Shown here: in pieces, positions 31,541 to 41,234 of the stretch
Layout: the number at the start of each line of letters is the position of its first letter
Position numbering within the stretch: the stretch's first letter is position 1
Assembly: GCA_015492245.1 (NCBI GenBank)
Contig: WGFM01000006.1
Location: 13,418-77,417, forward strand
Source of the DNA: Deltaproteobacteria bacterium
GTDB taxonomy: Bacteria > Desulfobacterota > GWC2-55-46 > DRQE01
DNA length: 64,000 nucleotides
Direction: 5' to 3'
Program-made: the position numbers and the translations under genes
The notes under the pieces: model-generated
Database searches by the model: none
Told to the model about the DNA's origin: nothing
Seen by the model: the letters and a program-made list of their open reading frames with translations, nothing else

Positions 31541-32359
31541 TCATCCCAGGAGCCCATGGGCTCCTCCTATCAAAAAATTTATAAAAAGAAACGAGCCGAG
31601 CAGCACCACAAAGGCTGCCACAGAGAATATGGCGGACTTTCTACCCCTCCATCCCGTGGTAAGTCTTCCATGCAGAAGTGCTGCATATAGAAACCATGTT
31701 ATAAGCGACCATATCTGCCTTGCCCCCCAGAACCAGTAGGTTCCAAAGGCATACTCAGACCATATTGCACCTGTTATTATTGCAAGTGTGAGAAGAGGAA
31801 ATCCATAGGTAAGACACCTGTAGTTGAGCTCATCGAGAATCTCAAGAGATGGTAGCACAAAATAAAGCCCTCTTATTTTGCGGCTTTTAAGGTAGCGTTC
31901 CTGTATAAGATACATTATGCCAAATATACATGCCATGGCAAAGAAGGCATTACCGAGGAACGCAAGCCCCACATGCACCGGCAACCAGTAGCTTTCGAGC
32001 ACCGGTGCAAGGGGCACAATCTCTTTGGGAAGGAAAGAGGCGGTTATAAGAAGAAACAATGCAAAGGGCGCCACAAACGCACCGAGCACCATCACCCTGT
32101 ACCTGTAGGAGAGCACTATGTAAAGAAGTATGGAGAGCCAGGCAAACAGTGTGAGGGACTCGTGCATGGTGGCGGCAGGAGTTCTGCCCGCCTCGAACCA
32201 TCGGCTGATGATGGTTATGCTATGGGCAACGAACCCACCATATACCATATACCCACCTGCCCTTGCAAACCCCTCACGATGAGTAAGTAGATATATTATG
32301 TAGATGATGGTTGCAAAAAAATAGAATGCCGCGGTTATATGGAAAAACAGAATGTCCAC
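31541..32359 (-). CDS. hemX: CcsA-like cytochrome c assembly family membrane protein (HemX-type, as in hemAXCDB operons)
   Basis: 272 aa with 8 TM segments and a Trp-rich WFWGARQIWSLITW segment of the CcsA/CcmC family. Confidence 0.65.
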   Translation of the reverse strand: MDILFFHITAAFYFFATIIYIIYLLTHREGFARAGGYMVYGGFVAHSITIISRWFEAGRTPAATMHESLTLFAWLSILLYIVLSYRYRVMVLGAFVAPFALFLLITASFLPKEIVPLAPVLESYWLPVHVGLAFLGNAFFAMACIFGIMYLIQERYLKSRKIRGLYFVLPSLEILDELNYRCLTYGFPLLTLAIITGAIWSEYAFGTYWFWGARQIWSLITWFLYAALLHGRLTTGWRGRKSAIFSVAAFVVLLGSFLFINFLIGGAHGLLG

Positions 32360-32363
32360 CGAT

Positions 32364-33038
32364 TTATGGCTTTCTTTCCTCTATCTTTATGCCCAGTTTT
32401 GAAAGGGTCATGTCAAGCCCTGTAACCTCTCTTAAAAGAGCGTTTATGTTTCTTCTGTCTCCTCGCCTTATGTATTCCAGCAATGGCGATTCCAGAAGCT
32501 GCTTGAATATCCTTAACTTTTTATCATCATTCGGTTTTTCTTTCAACATCATCTTTCTCACTGCCCCCACAATCTCCACAACCTTTGCGAACTCTTCTGG
32601 CAGAAACTCCTCGATCCTTTCACGAAGCCACCTTGCGGTGTAAGGGCTGCTGCCAGATGTGGATATTGCTATGGTTACATCGCCTCTCCTTACAACAGAG
32701 GGAACTATGAAGTTGCAGAGCCCGGGCCTGTCAACAACATTTATAAGCAGCCCCTCCTTTTCTGCCTCACCGAAAACCTTCTCGTTGAGCGATTGAGAAT
32801 CCGTGGCACTCACAACCAGGAAGGCACCCTCAAGGTCTCCACCACGGTATCTTCTGTTTATATGCTCTACAAGCCCCTTTCTTTTGAGCCCCTTAAGGCG
32901 CTCCGTAAGGGCAGGGCTTACAACCACCACATCCGCACCACACTCAAGTAGTGCCAGCACCTTCCTTTCGGCAACCCTTCCGCCACCAACCACCACACAT
33001 CTTTTGCCCTCTATATTGATGAAAACAGGATAAAACTT
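32364..33038 (-). CDS. sirC: Precorrin-2 dehydrogenase / sirohydrochlorin ferrochelatase (siroheme synthase N-terminal domain type)
   Basis: VVVGGGRVAERKVLALLECGADVVVVSP Rossmann motif, at CysG-N/Met8 family length. The likely start is the internal Met MKFYPVF. Confidence 0.8.
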   Translation of the reverse strand, partial: KFYPVFINIEGKRCVVVGGGRVAERKVLALLECGADVVVVSPALTERLKGLKRKGLVEHINRRYRGGDLEGAFLVVSATDSQSLNEKVFGEAEKEGLLINVVDRPGLCNFIVPSVVRRGDVTIAISTSGSSPYTARWLRERIEEFLPEEFAKVVEIVGAVRKMMLKEKPNDDKKLRIFKQLLESPLLEYIRRGDRRNINALLREVTGLDMTLSKLGIKIEERKP

Positions 33039-33230
33039 CATATCAACTAAGATTATAACCTTCTTATATATCAAAAACCATTAATTTCTTATTAAAAGGG
33101 CTTAAAGCACAAAATATCCTTTTTTCGAGGACAAACAGGCAGCTTCTGTCTCCATATATGGCCTGCCAAACATCCTTGACCACCTTCTGGTTAACTGTTA
33201 GAATTAGAAAAACTATTCATTTCTTTTACG

Positions 33231-34949
33231 GTGTGGAAGGGGATGGAGAAGCGCTGGAAGATTAGTCCTGCCAACGATGTGGTCAAGAAGAGGTTAGAAG
33301 ATGAGCTTAACATCCTTCCTGTAACCGCAGAGCTTCTGGTAAAAAGAGGTATGGCAGAGCCCGAAAGGGCATATTCCTTCCTCTCACCTGATCTCAAGGA
33401 CCTGTATGACCCTTTCTCCATGAAGGACATGGACAGGGCGGTAGAGCGTATCCTCCGTGCCATCCAGAGGGGGGAGAAGATATGCATCTGGGGAGACTAC
33501 GATGTGGATGGCACCACGGGCACCGCACTCTTCTACCTGTTCTTCAGAGAACTGGGCATAGATACAGGCTGCCATATACCCCACAGGCTGAAAGATGGCT
33601 ATGGACTCAATGCAGAGGGGGTAAAAAAACTCCATGCAGATGGTGTGAACCTTGTCATAACGGTTGATTGTGGTATATCCAGCCATGAGGAGATAGGGCT
33701 TGCCCGCTCCCTGGGTATGGACTGCATAGTGGTGGACCACCATGAGGTTCCACCCCGCATACCCCCTGCATGTGCGGTGCTGAACCCCAAGCAGAAAGAC
33801 TGCGACTATCCCTTCAAGGCCCTTGCAGGCGTTGGGGTTGCCTTCAACCTTGTAATAGCCATAAGGGCAAGGTTGCGCAAGCTTGGCTGGCACATGGAGC
33901 TACCGAACCTCAAGCGCTATCTCGATGTGGTAGCCATAGGGACCGTTGCAGATGTGGTGCCCCTCGTGGATCAGAACAGGATCCTTGTAAGCTACGGGCT
34001 CAAGGAGCTTGCATCAACCAGAAGGGTGGGGCTGGCAAGCCTCATGGATGTGGCAGGCATAAGCGGGCTCAAACCCACTGCAGAACAGATCGCCTTCCAG
34101 CTTGCACCCCGGATAAACGCCTCCGGCAGGATGGACAGTGCAGACACGGCTCTCAGGCTTCTTGTAACCCGGGACCCACAGGAGGCAAGAAAACTTGCAG
34201 GGCTTCTCAACAGAGAGAATTCGAAACGCCAGAGTGTGGAAGAAAGGATTCTGCGGGAAGCCGTCTCGATGGTAGAAGAACCCCTTGAAGACAGGGCCAT
34301 GGTGCTTGCCCGTGAAGGCTGGCACCCGGGTGTCATAGGTATAGTCGCCTCGCGCCTGATGGAAAGGTTTACAAGGCCTGCCATACTTCTCTCCATAGAT
34401 GGTAATACCGTGAAGGGCTCTGCACGGGGAACCGCTGGTTGCAATATCATAGATACACTCCATAGATGCGAGGCATACCTTGAAAAATACGGGGGACACC
34501 GCTCGGCAGCTGGCCTCACGCTCAAAAGAGAGAACCTCGATGCATTCAGAAAAGAATTCATAGGGCTTGTGAACTCCACCCTTACCGCTGAAGACCTGGT
34601 TCCACTGGTAGAGCTGGATGCACAGGTTACACTGGATGAACTCAAGCCACGCCTTGTGGATGAGATAGAAAGGCTGTCTCCCTTTGGCCACAAGAACGAA
34701 AGGCCGCTTCTCTGTATTATGGGGGCAAACATACTCCATACCGAAGTGGTGAAGGACAGACACCTGCGGGTGATGATAAAACACAACGGCACACTGCAAA
34801 ACGGCATAGCCTTCGACATGGCAGGATACCATCCCATAAGGGAGGGGCTTTTCGACATAGCATTCTACCCTTACATAGATGACTGGCAGGGGCTCAGAAA
34901 AGTAAGGCTTCGTATAGAAGAGCTGAAACCTTCCTTGCAAACATCTTGA
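33231..34949 (+). CDS. recJ: Single-stranded-DNA-specific exonuclease RecJ
   Basis: DHH motifs (IWGDYDVDGTTG, DHH) and a DHHA1 domain. Confidence 0.9.
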   Translation: MWKGMEKRWKISPANDVVKKRLEDELNILPVTAELLVKRGMAEPERAYSFLSPDLKDLYDPFSMKDMDRAVERILRAIQRGEKICIWGDYDVDGTTGTALFYLFFRELGIDTGCHIPHRLKDGYGLNAEGVKKLHADGVNLVITVDCGISSHEEIGLARSLGMDCIVVDHHEVPPRIPPACAVLNPKQKDCDYPFKALAGVGVAFNLVIAIRARLRKLGWHMELPNLKRYLDVVAIGTVADVVPLVDQNRILVSYGLKELASTRRVGLASLMDVAGISGLKPTAEQIAFQLAPRINASGRMDSADTALRLLVTRDPQEARKLAGLLNRENSKRQSVEERILREAVSMVEEPLEDRAMVLAREGWHPGVIGIVASRLMERFTRPAILLSIDGNTVKGSARGTAGCNIIDTLHRCEAYLEKYGGHRSAAGLTLKRENLDAFRKEFIGLVNSTLTAEDLVPLVELDAQVTLDELKPRLVDEIERLSPFGHKNERPLLCIMGANILHTEVVKDRHLRVMIKHNGTLQNGIAFDMAGYHPIREGLFDIAFYPYIDDWQGLRKVRLRIEELKPSLQTS

Positions 34950-34975
34950 CACAAAGGGTTTGAAACATATATATT
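34946..34975 (+). promoter_or_regulatory. Sigma70-like promoter (TTGACA, 17-18 nt, TATATT) for the polyamine/ATP-grasp operon
   Basis: TTGACA overlaps the recJ stop. An AT-rich -10 sits at 34969..34975. Confidence 0.4.
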
Positions 34976-35080
34976 AGTTTGTTGCATCGTCTTCGAGTTC
35001 AAAAAAGACAGATGGGGGGCAGACAGCCATGTGCAGGCTGTGTCCAGCATCTTCAAAAAACTTAATTGAGGAGGCTTAAG

Positions 35081-36136
35081 TTGGCAAAAGAAGTTTTTGA
35101 CATGGAAAAGAGGAAGAAGTTTATAAAAAGACCTGTCAGGCCCATACCCATAGAGCCAAAGGCGAGCATATCAGAGCTTGTCGAAAGGATGGGCCATACG
35201 GCCTTCCAGGCAAAGAACCTCTCCCATGCAGCAGATATATGGGAGGAGATGATTCGTGGCCGGACAACCATATTCTTTGGTTTCGCAGGTGCCATGATAC
35301 CAGCCGGTATGCGTGAGCTCATGGTCTTCCTCATAAAGAACAGATACATCGATTGTCTCGTGTCCACCGGGGCGAACCTCTTCCACGATATACACGAGAC
35401 CCTTGGCTGGAAACACTGGCAGGGTAGCCACATGGTAAACGACAGGGATCTGCGTAGCGCCGGGGTGGACAGAATATACGATGTGTTCGCCATAGAAGAG
35501 GAGTTCAACTCATCGGATGAATACATCTACAACTTCTCATACACACTGGAAGAACGCCCGTACACCACGAGGGAGTTTTTCCATCTCATGGGCAAAGACC
35601 TTGCAGGACGCACAAGAAACGAGGGCATACTCACCGCGGCATACAGGGCTGGTGTTCATGTCTACTGCCCTGCCCTTGGAGACTCATCGATAGGAATAGC
35701 CCTCGCATTGAGGGATGGCGATGACAACTTCATGTTCGACATAATAGCCGATGTTAAAGAGACTGCATATCTTACGGCAAGGGCAAAGAACTCGGGCATC
35801 GTGTTCATAGGCGGTGGGGTGCCGAAGAACTTCATACAGCAGTCAGAGGTAACGGCAAACATGATGTGCAAGAGAACCCCTGGGCACAAGTATGCACTGC
35901 AGATTACGACCGACTCTCCACACTGGGGCGGGCTCAGCGGCTGCACCTTCGAGGAGGCCCAGAGCTGGGGCAAGATAGCGAGAAGGTCAAAGAGGGTAAC
36001 TGTGAACTGTGAGTCCACAATAGCACTACCACTTATAGTGAGTGCACTGGCACAGAGGCTCAAGGGGTTCAGGAGAACGCTGCCAGAGCTTTCGGTAAAG
36101 GGTGCGCAGAGGGTAAAAAAGAGGATATGGGATTGA
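35081..36136 (+). CDS. Deoxyhypusine synthase-like protein (candidate homospermidine synthase)
   Basis: DHS family motifs (IFFGFAGAMIPAGMRELMVFLIKNRYIDCLVSTGANL). Start ambiguous: TTG at 35081 follows GAGGAGG by 6 nt, ATG at 35102 is an alternative, and the ORF track uses TTG 35066. Confidence 0.7.
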   Translation: MAKEVFDMEKRKKFIKRPVRPIPIEPKASISELVERMGHTAFQAKNLSHAADIWEEMIRGRTTIFFGFAGAMIPAGMRELMVFLIKNRYIDCLVSTGANLFHDIHETLGWKHWQGSHMVNDRDLRSAGVDRIYDVFAIEEEFNSSDEYIYNFSYTLEERPYTTREFFHLMGKDLAGRTRNEGILTAAYRAGVHVYCPALGDSSIGIALALRDGDDNFMFDIIADVKETAYLTARAKNSGIVFIGGGVPKNFIQQSEVTANMMCKRTPGHKYALQITTDSPHWGGLSGCTFEEAQSWGKIARRSKRVTVNCESTIALPLIVSALAQRLKGFRRTLPELSVKGAQRVKKRIWD

Positions 36137-37041
36137 TCCAGAGAGAAGAGGGCAGTTTCAGCTTCGGTGGCATAGGCAAAGAGGGGGTGGCTAAAAGCCC
36201 GCTCTTTTCCGTGTTGCCTGTGCCCTATGACCTTACCACCTCCTACATGGGTGGGGCAAGAAGGGGGGCCTATGCCATAATAGATGCATCGATGAACATG
36301 GAACTGTACGATGAAGAGCTTTGTTGCGAGCCCTGGAAGGCAGGCATAGAAACACTCACACCACTTGAGGCAACCACCCTGGGGCCAGAGAGGATGGTCG
36401 AAAGGGTTGAGGAGGCCTGTGGGGAAATCCTGGGACTCGGTAGAATCCCGGTTGTGCTCGGTGGAGAACACAGCATAACAACAGGCACAGTGAGGGCACT
36501 CGAGAAGAGGTATCCCGGGCTTTCGGTCCTCCAGCTCGATGCACACGCGGACATGCGTAACTCCTACCAGGAAAGCCCCTACAACCACGCATGTGTTGCA
36601 AGAAGAATCAGTGAGATATGTGGGCTCGTGCAGGTCGGTACAAGAAGCCTGAGTGCCGAGGAGGCAGAGTTCCTCGACACTACGGATACGGTCAGGACAC
36701 ACTTTGCAAAGGATATTGTGGAAAGAGGCATGCCCTGTGAGGACATCCTCCGTAATCTTACAGGGGATGTATTCATAACCATAGACCTGGATGTGTTCGA
36801 TCCGGCCATAATGCCATCCACAGGCACGCCTGAGCCAGGTGGGCTCGGCTGGTATGATGTTACAGGGCTTCTCAAGTATATAGCAGAAGGCAGAAACATC
36901 GTTGGCTTCGATGTGGTGGAGCTGAGCCCCGTGGCTGGTAATGTAGCGCCCGACTTTCTTGCCGCAAGACTTGTATACAAGCTCATGGGGTATATAATAA
37001 AAAACAGGCAGAAGGGAATGAGCAGTGCTGTATGTTCCTAA
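36127..37041 (+). CDS. speB: Agmatinase (arginase family)
   Basis: [16 protein letters not shown] and IDLDVFDP Mn-binding motifs. It overlaps the upstream gene by 10 nt. Confidence 0.85.
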   Translation: MGLIQREEGSFSFGGIGKEGVAKSPLFSVLPVPYDLTTSYMGGARRGAYAIIDASMNMELYDEELCCEPWKAGIETLTPLEATTLGPERMVERVEEACGEILGLGRIPVVLGGEHSITTGTVRALEKRYPGLSVLQLDAHADMRNSYQESPYNHACVARRISEICGLVQVGTRSLSAEEAEFLDTTDTVRTHFAKDIVERGMPCEDILRNLTGDVFITIDLDVFDPAIMPSTGTPEPGGLGWYDVTGLLKYIAEGRNIVGFDVVELSPVAGNVAPDFLAARLVYKLMGYIIKNRQKGMSSAVCS

Positions 37042-37573
37042 GAGGATATTCTTTACAAAGGGTGTGGGCTGCCACAAGGAAGAACTGCACTCCTTTGAGC
37101 TCGCCCTGCGAGACGCAGGAATAGAGAAGTTCAACCTCGTGCAGGTCTCGAGCATATTCCCTCCGGGCTGCAGGATAATACCTCGAAGCCAGGGGGTAAA
37201 AAGACTCGCCCCGGGGCAGATAACCTTCTGTGTTATGAGTAAACTCTCGAGCAACGAGCCACGCCGCCTCATAGCTGCAAGCGTGGGCTGTGCCATACCG
37301 ATGGACAAAAAACTCTATGGATACCTGAGCGAGCATCATGCCTACGGGCAGACCGAGGCAATCGCAGGTGATTACGCAGAAGACCTTGCAGCGGCAATGC
37401 TTGCCTCCACACTGGGTATAGAGCTCGATGAAAATCTGGGATGGGATGAAAAAAAAGAGATATACAGAATAAGTGATAAGATAGTGAAAACCTCGAATGT
37501 TACGCAGTCTGCCATAGTCAAGGGTGATGGCAAATACACCACAGTGGTTGCAGCGGCAGTGCTTCTGTTCTGA
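37025..37573 (+). CDS. pdaD: Pyruvoyl-dependent arginine decarboxylase (archaeal type)
   Basis: FFTKGVG...VSS self-cleavage region. 182 aa, the typical PdaD size. Confidence 0.8.
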   Translation: MLYVPKRIFFTKGVGCHKEELHSFELALRDAGIEKFNLVQVSSIFPPGCRIIPRSQGVKRLAPGQITFCVMSKLSSNEPRRLIAASVGCAIPMDKKLYGYLSEHHAYGQTEAIAGDYAEDLAAAMLASTLGIELDENLGWDEKKEIYRISDKIVKTSNVTQSAIVKGDGKYTTVVAAAVLLF

Positions 37574-37599
37574 AACAGAAAATCCCGTCTCAAGAAACC

Positions 37600-38604
37600 A
37601 TGAAGATAGCCATAACATGCAACATAAAGGCAGAGGTTCCGCCTCATCTCGAAGAATGCTATGCCGAATGGGACGACCAGGAGACCATAGAGAGTGTCAG
37701 AGAGGCACTGCTTGAAAGATGCCAGGAGGTCTTCATCGTAGAGGCAGACCAGCATGCCCCCGCAAGGCTTCAGGGTCTCATGCCCAATATGGTCTTCAAC
37801 ATGGCCGAAGGTATGGGCGGAGACAGCAGGGAATCATTCATCCCGGCAATCCTCGAGGTTCTGGGAATACCCTATACAGGCTCACCACCACTCACCCTGG
37901 GGCTGTGTCTCAATAAACTGAGGACAAAACAGATACTCTCCTGCTACGGGATACCAACGCCACGCTGTTTCGTGGTAGAAAGTGAATACAGGGGTATGGA
38001 AGGAGGGCTTGAGTTTCCCCTGATAGTCAAGCCTGTCCACGAGGGCTCGAGCAAGGGGATAAGGGATGACTCCCTTGTCCGTAGTGAAGAGGAACTTGTC
38101 GAGAGGATACACAGGGTCATTGACACCTACGGGCAGCCCGCCCTTGTGGAGGAATACCTCGATGGAAGGGAGTTCACCGTGGCCATTCTTGGCAACGCAG
38201 ATGATATAAGGGTCTTGCCCATAGTGGAGATAGACTACTCCACCATACCAGAGGGGGCAAACCCCATATACTCCTATGAGGCCAAATGGATCTTCGATCG
38301 GCCTGAGGACCCGCTCGACATATTCCGCTGTCCCGCACCGATAGACAAGGAGCTTGAAAGGGCGGTATCAAACATGGCACTGGACTCTTTCCGTGCCCTT
38401 GGTGTGAGAGACTGGTGCAGAATAGACATAAGATGCGACTCTCGGGGCAGACCCCATGTGCTGGAGCTCAATCCCCTGCCCGGAATCCTGCCTGCTCCAC
38501 AATGTAACTCCTGCTTTCCCAAGGCCGCAAGGGCTGCGGGGCTTACTTTCAGCGAGCTTGTAAACACCGTGGTTGATATTGCAAGAAAAAGGCATGGAAT
38601 ATGA
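37600..38604 (+). CDS. ATP-grasp ligase, D-alanine-D-alanine ligase-like (paralog 1)
   Basis: N-terminal Ddl-type domain (KIAITCNIK..), a central ATP-grasp (PLIVKPVHEGSSKGI, EEYLDGREFTV) and C-terminal ELNPLPG. Confidence 0.7.
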   Translation: MKIAITCNIKAEVPPHLEECYAEWDDQETIESVREALLERCQEVFIVEADQHAPARLQGLMPNMVFNMAEGMGGDSRESFIPAILEVLGIPYTGSPPLTLGLCLNKLRTKQILSCYGIPTPRCFVVESEYRGMEGGLEFPLIVKPVHEGSSKGIRDDSLVRSEEELVERIHRVIDTYGQPALVEEYLDGREFTVAILGNADDIRVLPIVEIDYSTIPEGANPIYSYEAKWIFDRPEDPLDIFRCPAPIDKELERAVSNMALDSFRALGVRDWCRIDIRCDSRGRPHVLELNPLPGILPAPQCNSCFPKAARAAGLTFSELVNTVVDIARKRHGI

Positions 38605-39617
38605 GTGTAGATACCATAAGGATAATATTCAACGACGAAGGGGCCGACACATTCGTGGTGGACGACGAAGAGATAGAATACGGCGATATAAGGGAGAGCG
38701 TGGAGGATATAGGGGAGTGTCTCGAAAGGCTGGGGTATCGCACCATACTGACACCCCTGACACAGGAAGGGTTCGATGGGTTCCTCAAAGAACTCACCGA
38801 TGGCAGGGCTGAGCTTGTGTTCAACCTCTGTGAAGGTGCCTTCCTCAACAGCAAGTTCGAGATGAACATTGCAGCCCTCCTCGAGCTCTATGGCATAAGG
38901 TTCACCGGAAACACCTCTATAACACTTGGGGTGGCGCTGAACAAGGGATGGACAAAGGACATCCTCAAAGGGGCTGGAATAAAGACCCCTGCCCACTTCG
39001 TAACAGATGAGCCAGGCACATGGCTCCCAGAGGGACTTGAGTTCCCACTCATAGTGAAGCCACTCTCAGAGGATGCAAGCCTTGGCATAGAGACAGACTC
39101 TGTGGTATATACCGCAGGTGAGCTCTCGAAAAGGATAGAGCACATACTGGAGGAGTATTCTCACCAGGCCCTTGTGGAAAGATTCATAGATGGCCGTGAG
39201 TTCAACATATCCATAATGGGTAACGATGATGCGGTGGTGGTGCTTCCACCTTCAGAGATAGACTTCTCCGAGTACCCGGAAGAACTGCCACGAATATGCT
39301 CCTACGAGGCAAAATGGATAGAGATAAGCCCCCTGTATCGCAAGACCCTTCCTGTGTGCCCTGCCCCTGTATCAGAGGAGCTTAAAAAGGGGCTCGAGGC
39401 AACTGCCATCAGGGCATACAGGGCGCTCTCCTGCAGGGACTATGCACGGGTCGATATGAGACTCGACCAGGAAGACAACCTCTGGGTGCTCGAGGTAAAT
39501 CCGAATCCCGACATATCGAAAGATGCGGGCTTTGCAAGGGCAGCCAGGGCGGCAGGAATGGAGTATCACCAGTTCATAGGAGAACTCGTAAGTATTGCGG
39601 CAAAAAGATACGACTAA
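38601..39617 (+). CDS. ATP-grasp ligase, D-alanine-D-alanine ligase-like (paralog 2)
   Basis: Same architecture as paralog 1 (PLIVKPLSEDASLGI, ERFIDGREFNI, LEVNPNPD). Its start overlaps the paralog 1 stop (ATGA). Confidence 0.7.
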   Translation: MSVDTIRIIFNDEGADTFVVDDEEIEYGDIRESVEDIGECLERLGYRTILTPLTQEGFDGFLKELTDGRAELVFNLCEGAFLNSKFEMNIAALLELYGIRFTGNTSITLGVALNKGWTKDILKGAGIKTPAHFVTDEPGTWLPEGLEFPLIVKPLSEDASLGIETDSVVYTAGELSKRIEHILEEYSHQALVERFIDGREFNISIMGNDDAVVVLPPSEIDFSEYPEELPRICSYEAKWIEISPLYRKTLPVCPAPVSEELKKGLEATAIRAYRALSCRDYARVDMRLDQEDNLWVLEVNPNPDISKDAGFARAARAAGMEYHQFIGELVSIAAKRYD

Positions 39618-40089
39618 ACCCATCATACGCAGCACCACCAGAGAGGACAGGGAACACTTCCTCTCCATACTCAAGGGGTTCGAACACTTTACAGATGAAG
39701 AAAAGGATTGTGCCATAGAGCTACTTGATATATACTTAAAAGAGCCGTTTGAATATCTATGGCTTACAGCCCTTGTGGAAGGTCAACCCGTGGGCTTCGC
39801 CTGCTATGGAGAGGCAGCCCTTTCCTACGGAGCATACGATATATACTGGATAATGGTAGAGCCCGCCTGGCATCACCGCGGGGTAGGTAAACGCCTTATG
39901 GAACAGGTGGAAGAAGAGGCCCTCAAGGCAGGTGGAAGGAAGCTCATAATAGAGACCTCAAGCCTTCCCCTTTATGCAGGAGCAAGGCGTTTCTACAGAG
40001 TCTGTGGCTTCACAGAAGAGGCAAAAATAAGAGATTACTACAGACCAGGAGACCACAAGCTCATATACACGAAAACCCTGAGGAGGTAA
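39595..40089 (+). CDS. GNAT family N-acetyltransferase
   Basis: Acetyl-CoA binding motif HHRGVGKRLMEQVEEEA. Confidence 0.65.
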   Translation: MRQKDTTKPIIRSTTREDREHFLSILKGFEHFTDEEKDCAIELLDIYLKEPFEYLWLTALVEGQPVGFACYGEAALSYGAYDIYWIMVEPAWHHRGVGKRLMEQVEEEALKAGGRKLIIETSSLPLYAGARRFYRVCGFTEEAKIRDYYRPGDHKLIYTKTLRR

Positions 40090-40095
40090 GAAACC

Positions 40096-40713
40096 TTGGA
40101 AATAGAAGCAGTAAAGAAGATATACAATGGTTATTCCAGTGTATACGAGGCCCTGTTCAAACGGTTCTTCTACCCCAGGATAAAACATGCCATACAGTCC
40201 ATGAATATACAGCCCGGGGAATGGGTGCTCGATGTGGGGATAGGTACAGGGCTTTCGCTGAATGTATTTCCAGGGCACTGCAAGATAGTTGGCATAGATC
40301 TGTCAAGGGAGATGCTCAAAAAGGCCCAGGAGAAGGTAAGAATCCTTGGACTCCACAATGTACAGCTGTTCGAGATGGATGCCATGAACCTCAACTTTGC
40401 AGACGATAGCTTCGATAAGGTCTTTATCTCCCATGTGGTGAGTGTGGTGCCAGACCCCTACAGGGTGATGAACGAGGTAAAGAGGGTCTGCAAAAAGGGT
40501 GGCAGGATAGTCATAGTGAATCACTTCCGCAGCAGCAACAAACTCATAGGGAATCTCGAAAAGTTCATAACACCACTCAGTAAAAGGATGGGCTGGCGGA
40601 GTGATCTTGCCATGGATGAGTTCATAGCGAAGAGCGACATCAGGGTTGAAAAAAAATTCAAGCTCAAGAAGATAGACTTCTGGCACCTTATATTTGCAAC
40701 CAACGAAAAATAA
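40096..40713 (+). CDS. Class I SAM-dependent methyltransferase
   Basis: VLDVGIGTG glycine-rich motif I. D at the end of the IVGIDLS strand. Confidence 0.7.
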   Translation: MEIEAVKKIYNGYSSVYEALFKRFFYPRIKHAIQSMNIQPGEWVLDVGIGTGLSLNVFPGHCKIVGIDLSREMLKKAQEKVRILGLHNVQLFEMDAMNLNFADDSFDKVFISHVVSVVPDPYRVMNEVKRVCKKGGRIVIVNHFRSSNKLIGNLEKFITPLSKRMGWRSDLAMDEFIAKSDIRVEKKFKLKKIDFWHLIFATNEK

Positions 40714-40727
40714 AACCGGTACAAGAC

Positions 40728-41225
40728 TTGCATGCAACGGACAGACAGAGGCCCCTCTCTGTAAGGATCCTTCCCATGAGCGAGGAAGACATGGACGAAG
40801 TGATAAGGATCGAAGGGCTCTCTTTTCCCAACCCCTGGCGGCGGGAGTTCTTCGAGCGGGAGCTCAAAAACCCTGTATCCTACGCCTTTGTTGAGAAGAT
40901 AGAAGAACGGGGCAGACCAAGGCTTGTTGCATACATTGTCTTCTGGATAGTTACAGGAGAGGCACATATACTCAACATAGCCGTTGACCCGGAGCTGCGC
41001 AGGCAGGGCCTTGCAAGAAGACTCCTTGCAACGGCACTGGCCTTCATGGAAGAACGGGGGGTGGAAGTGGTCCACCTCGAGGTAAGGAGGTCCAACAGGG
41101 CAGCGATAAGCCTTTACAGAAAGTTCGGCTTCGAAGAGGTATACATAAGAGAAAACTACTACGGCAACGAAGATGCCATAGTGATGAGGCTTGTCTTCAG
41201 ATACAAAAGCCGTATCATCCCATAA
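40728..41225 (+). CDS. GNAT acetyltransferase, RimI-like (ribosomal-protein-alanine N-acetyltransferase family)
   Basis: IRIEGLSFPNPW and HILNIAVDPELRRQGLARRLL RimI-like motifs. The real start may be the internal Met at about 40776. Confidence 0.65.
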   Translation: MHATDRQRPLSVRILPMSEEDMDEVIRIEGLSFPNPWRREFFERELKNPVSYAFVEKIEERGRPRLVAYIVFWIVTGEAHILNIAVDPELRRQGLARRLLATALAFMEERGVEVVHLEVRRSNRAAISLYRKFGFEEVYIRENYYGNEDAIVMRLVFRYKSRIIP

Positions 41226-41234
41226 GAGAGCTTT

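Noticed and set aside
35662-37308. 548-aa minus-strand ORF spanning the DHS-like, speB and pdaD genes
   Set aside because: Antisense to three well-supported, translationally coupled genes. Cys/His-rich composition with no domain features.
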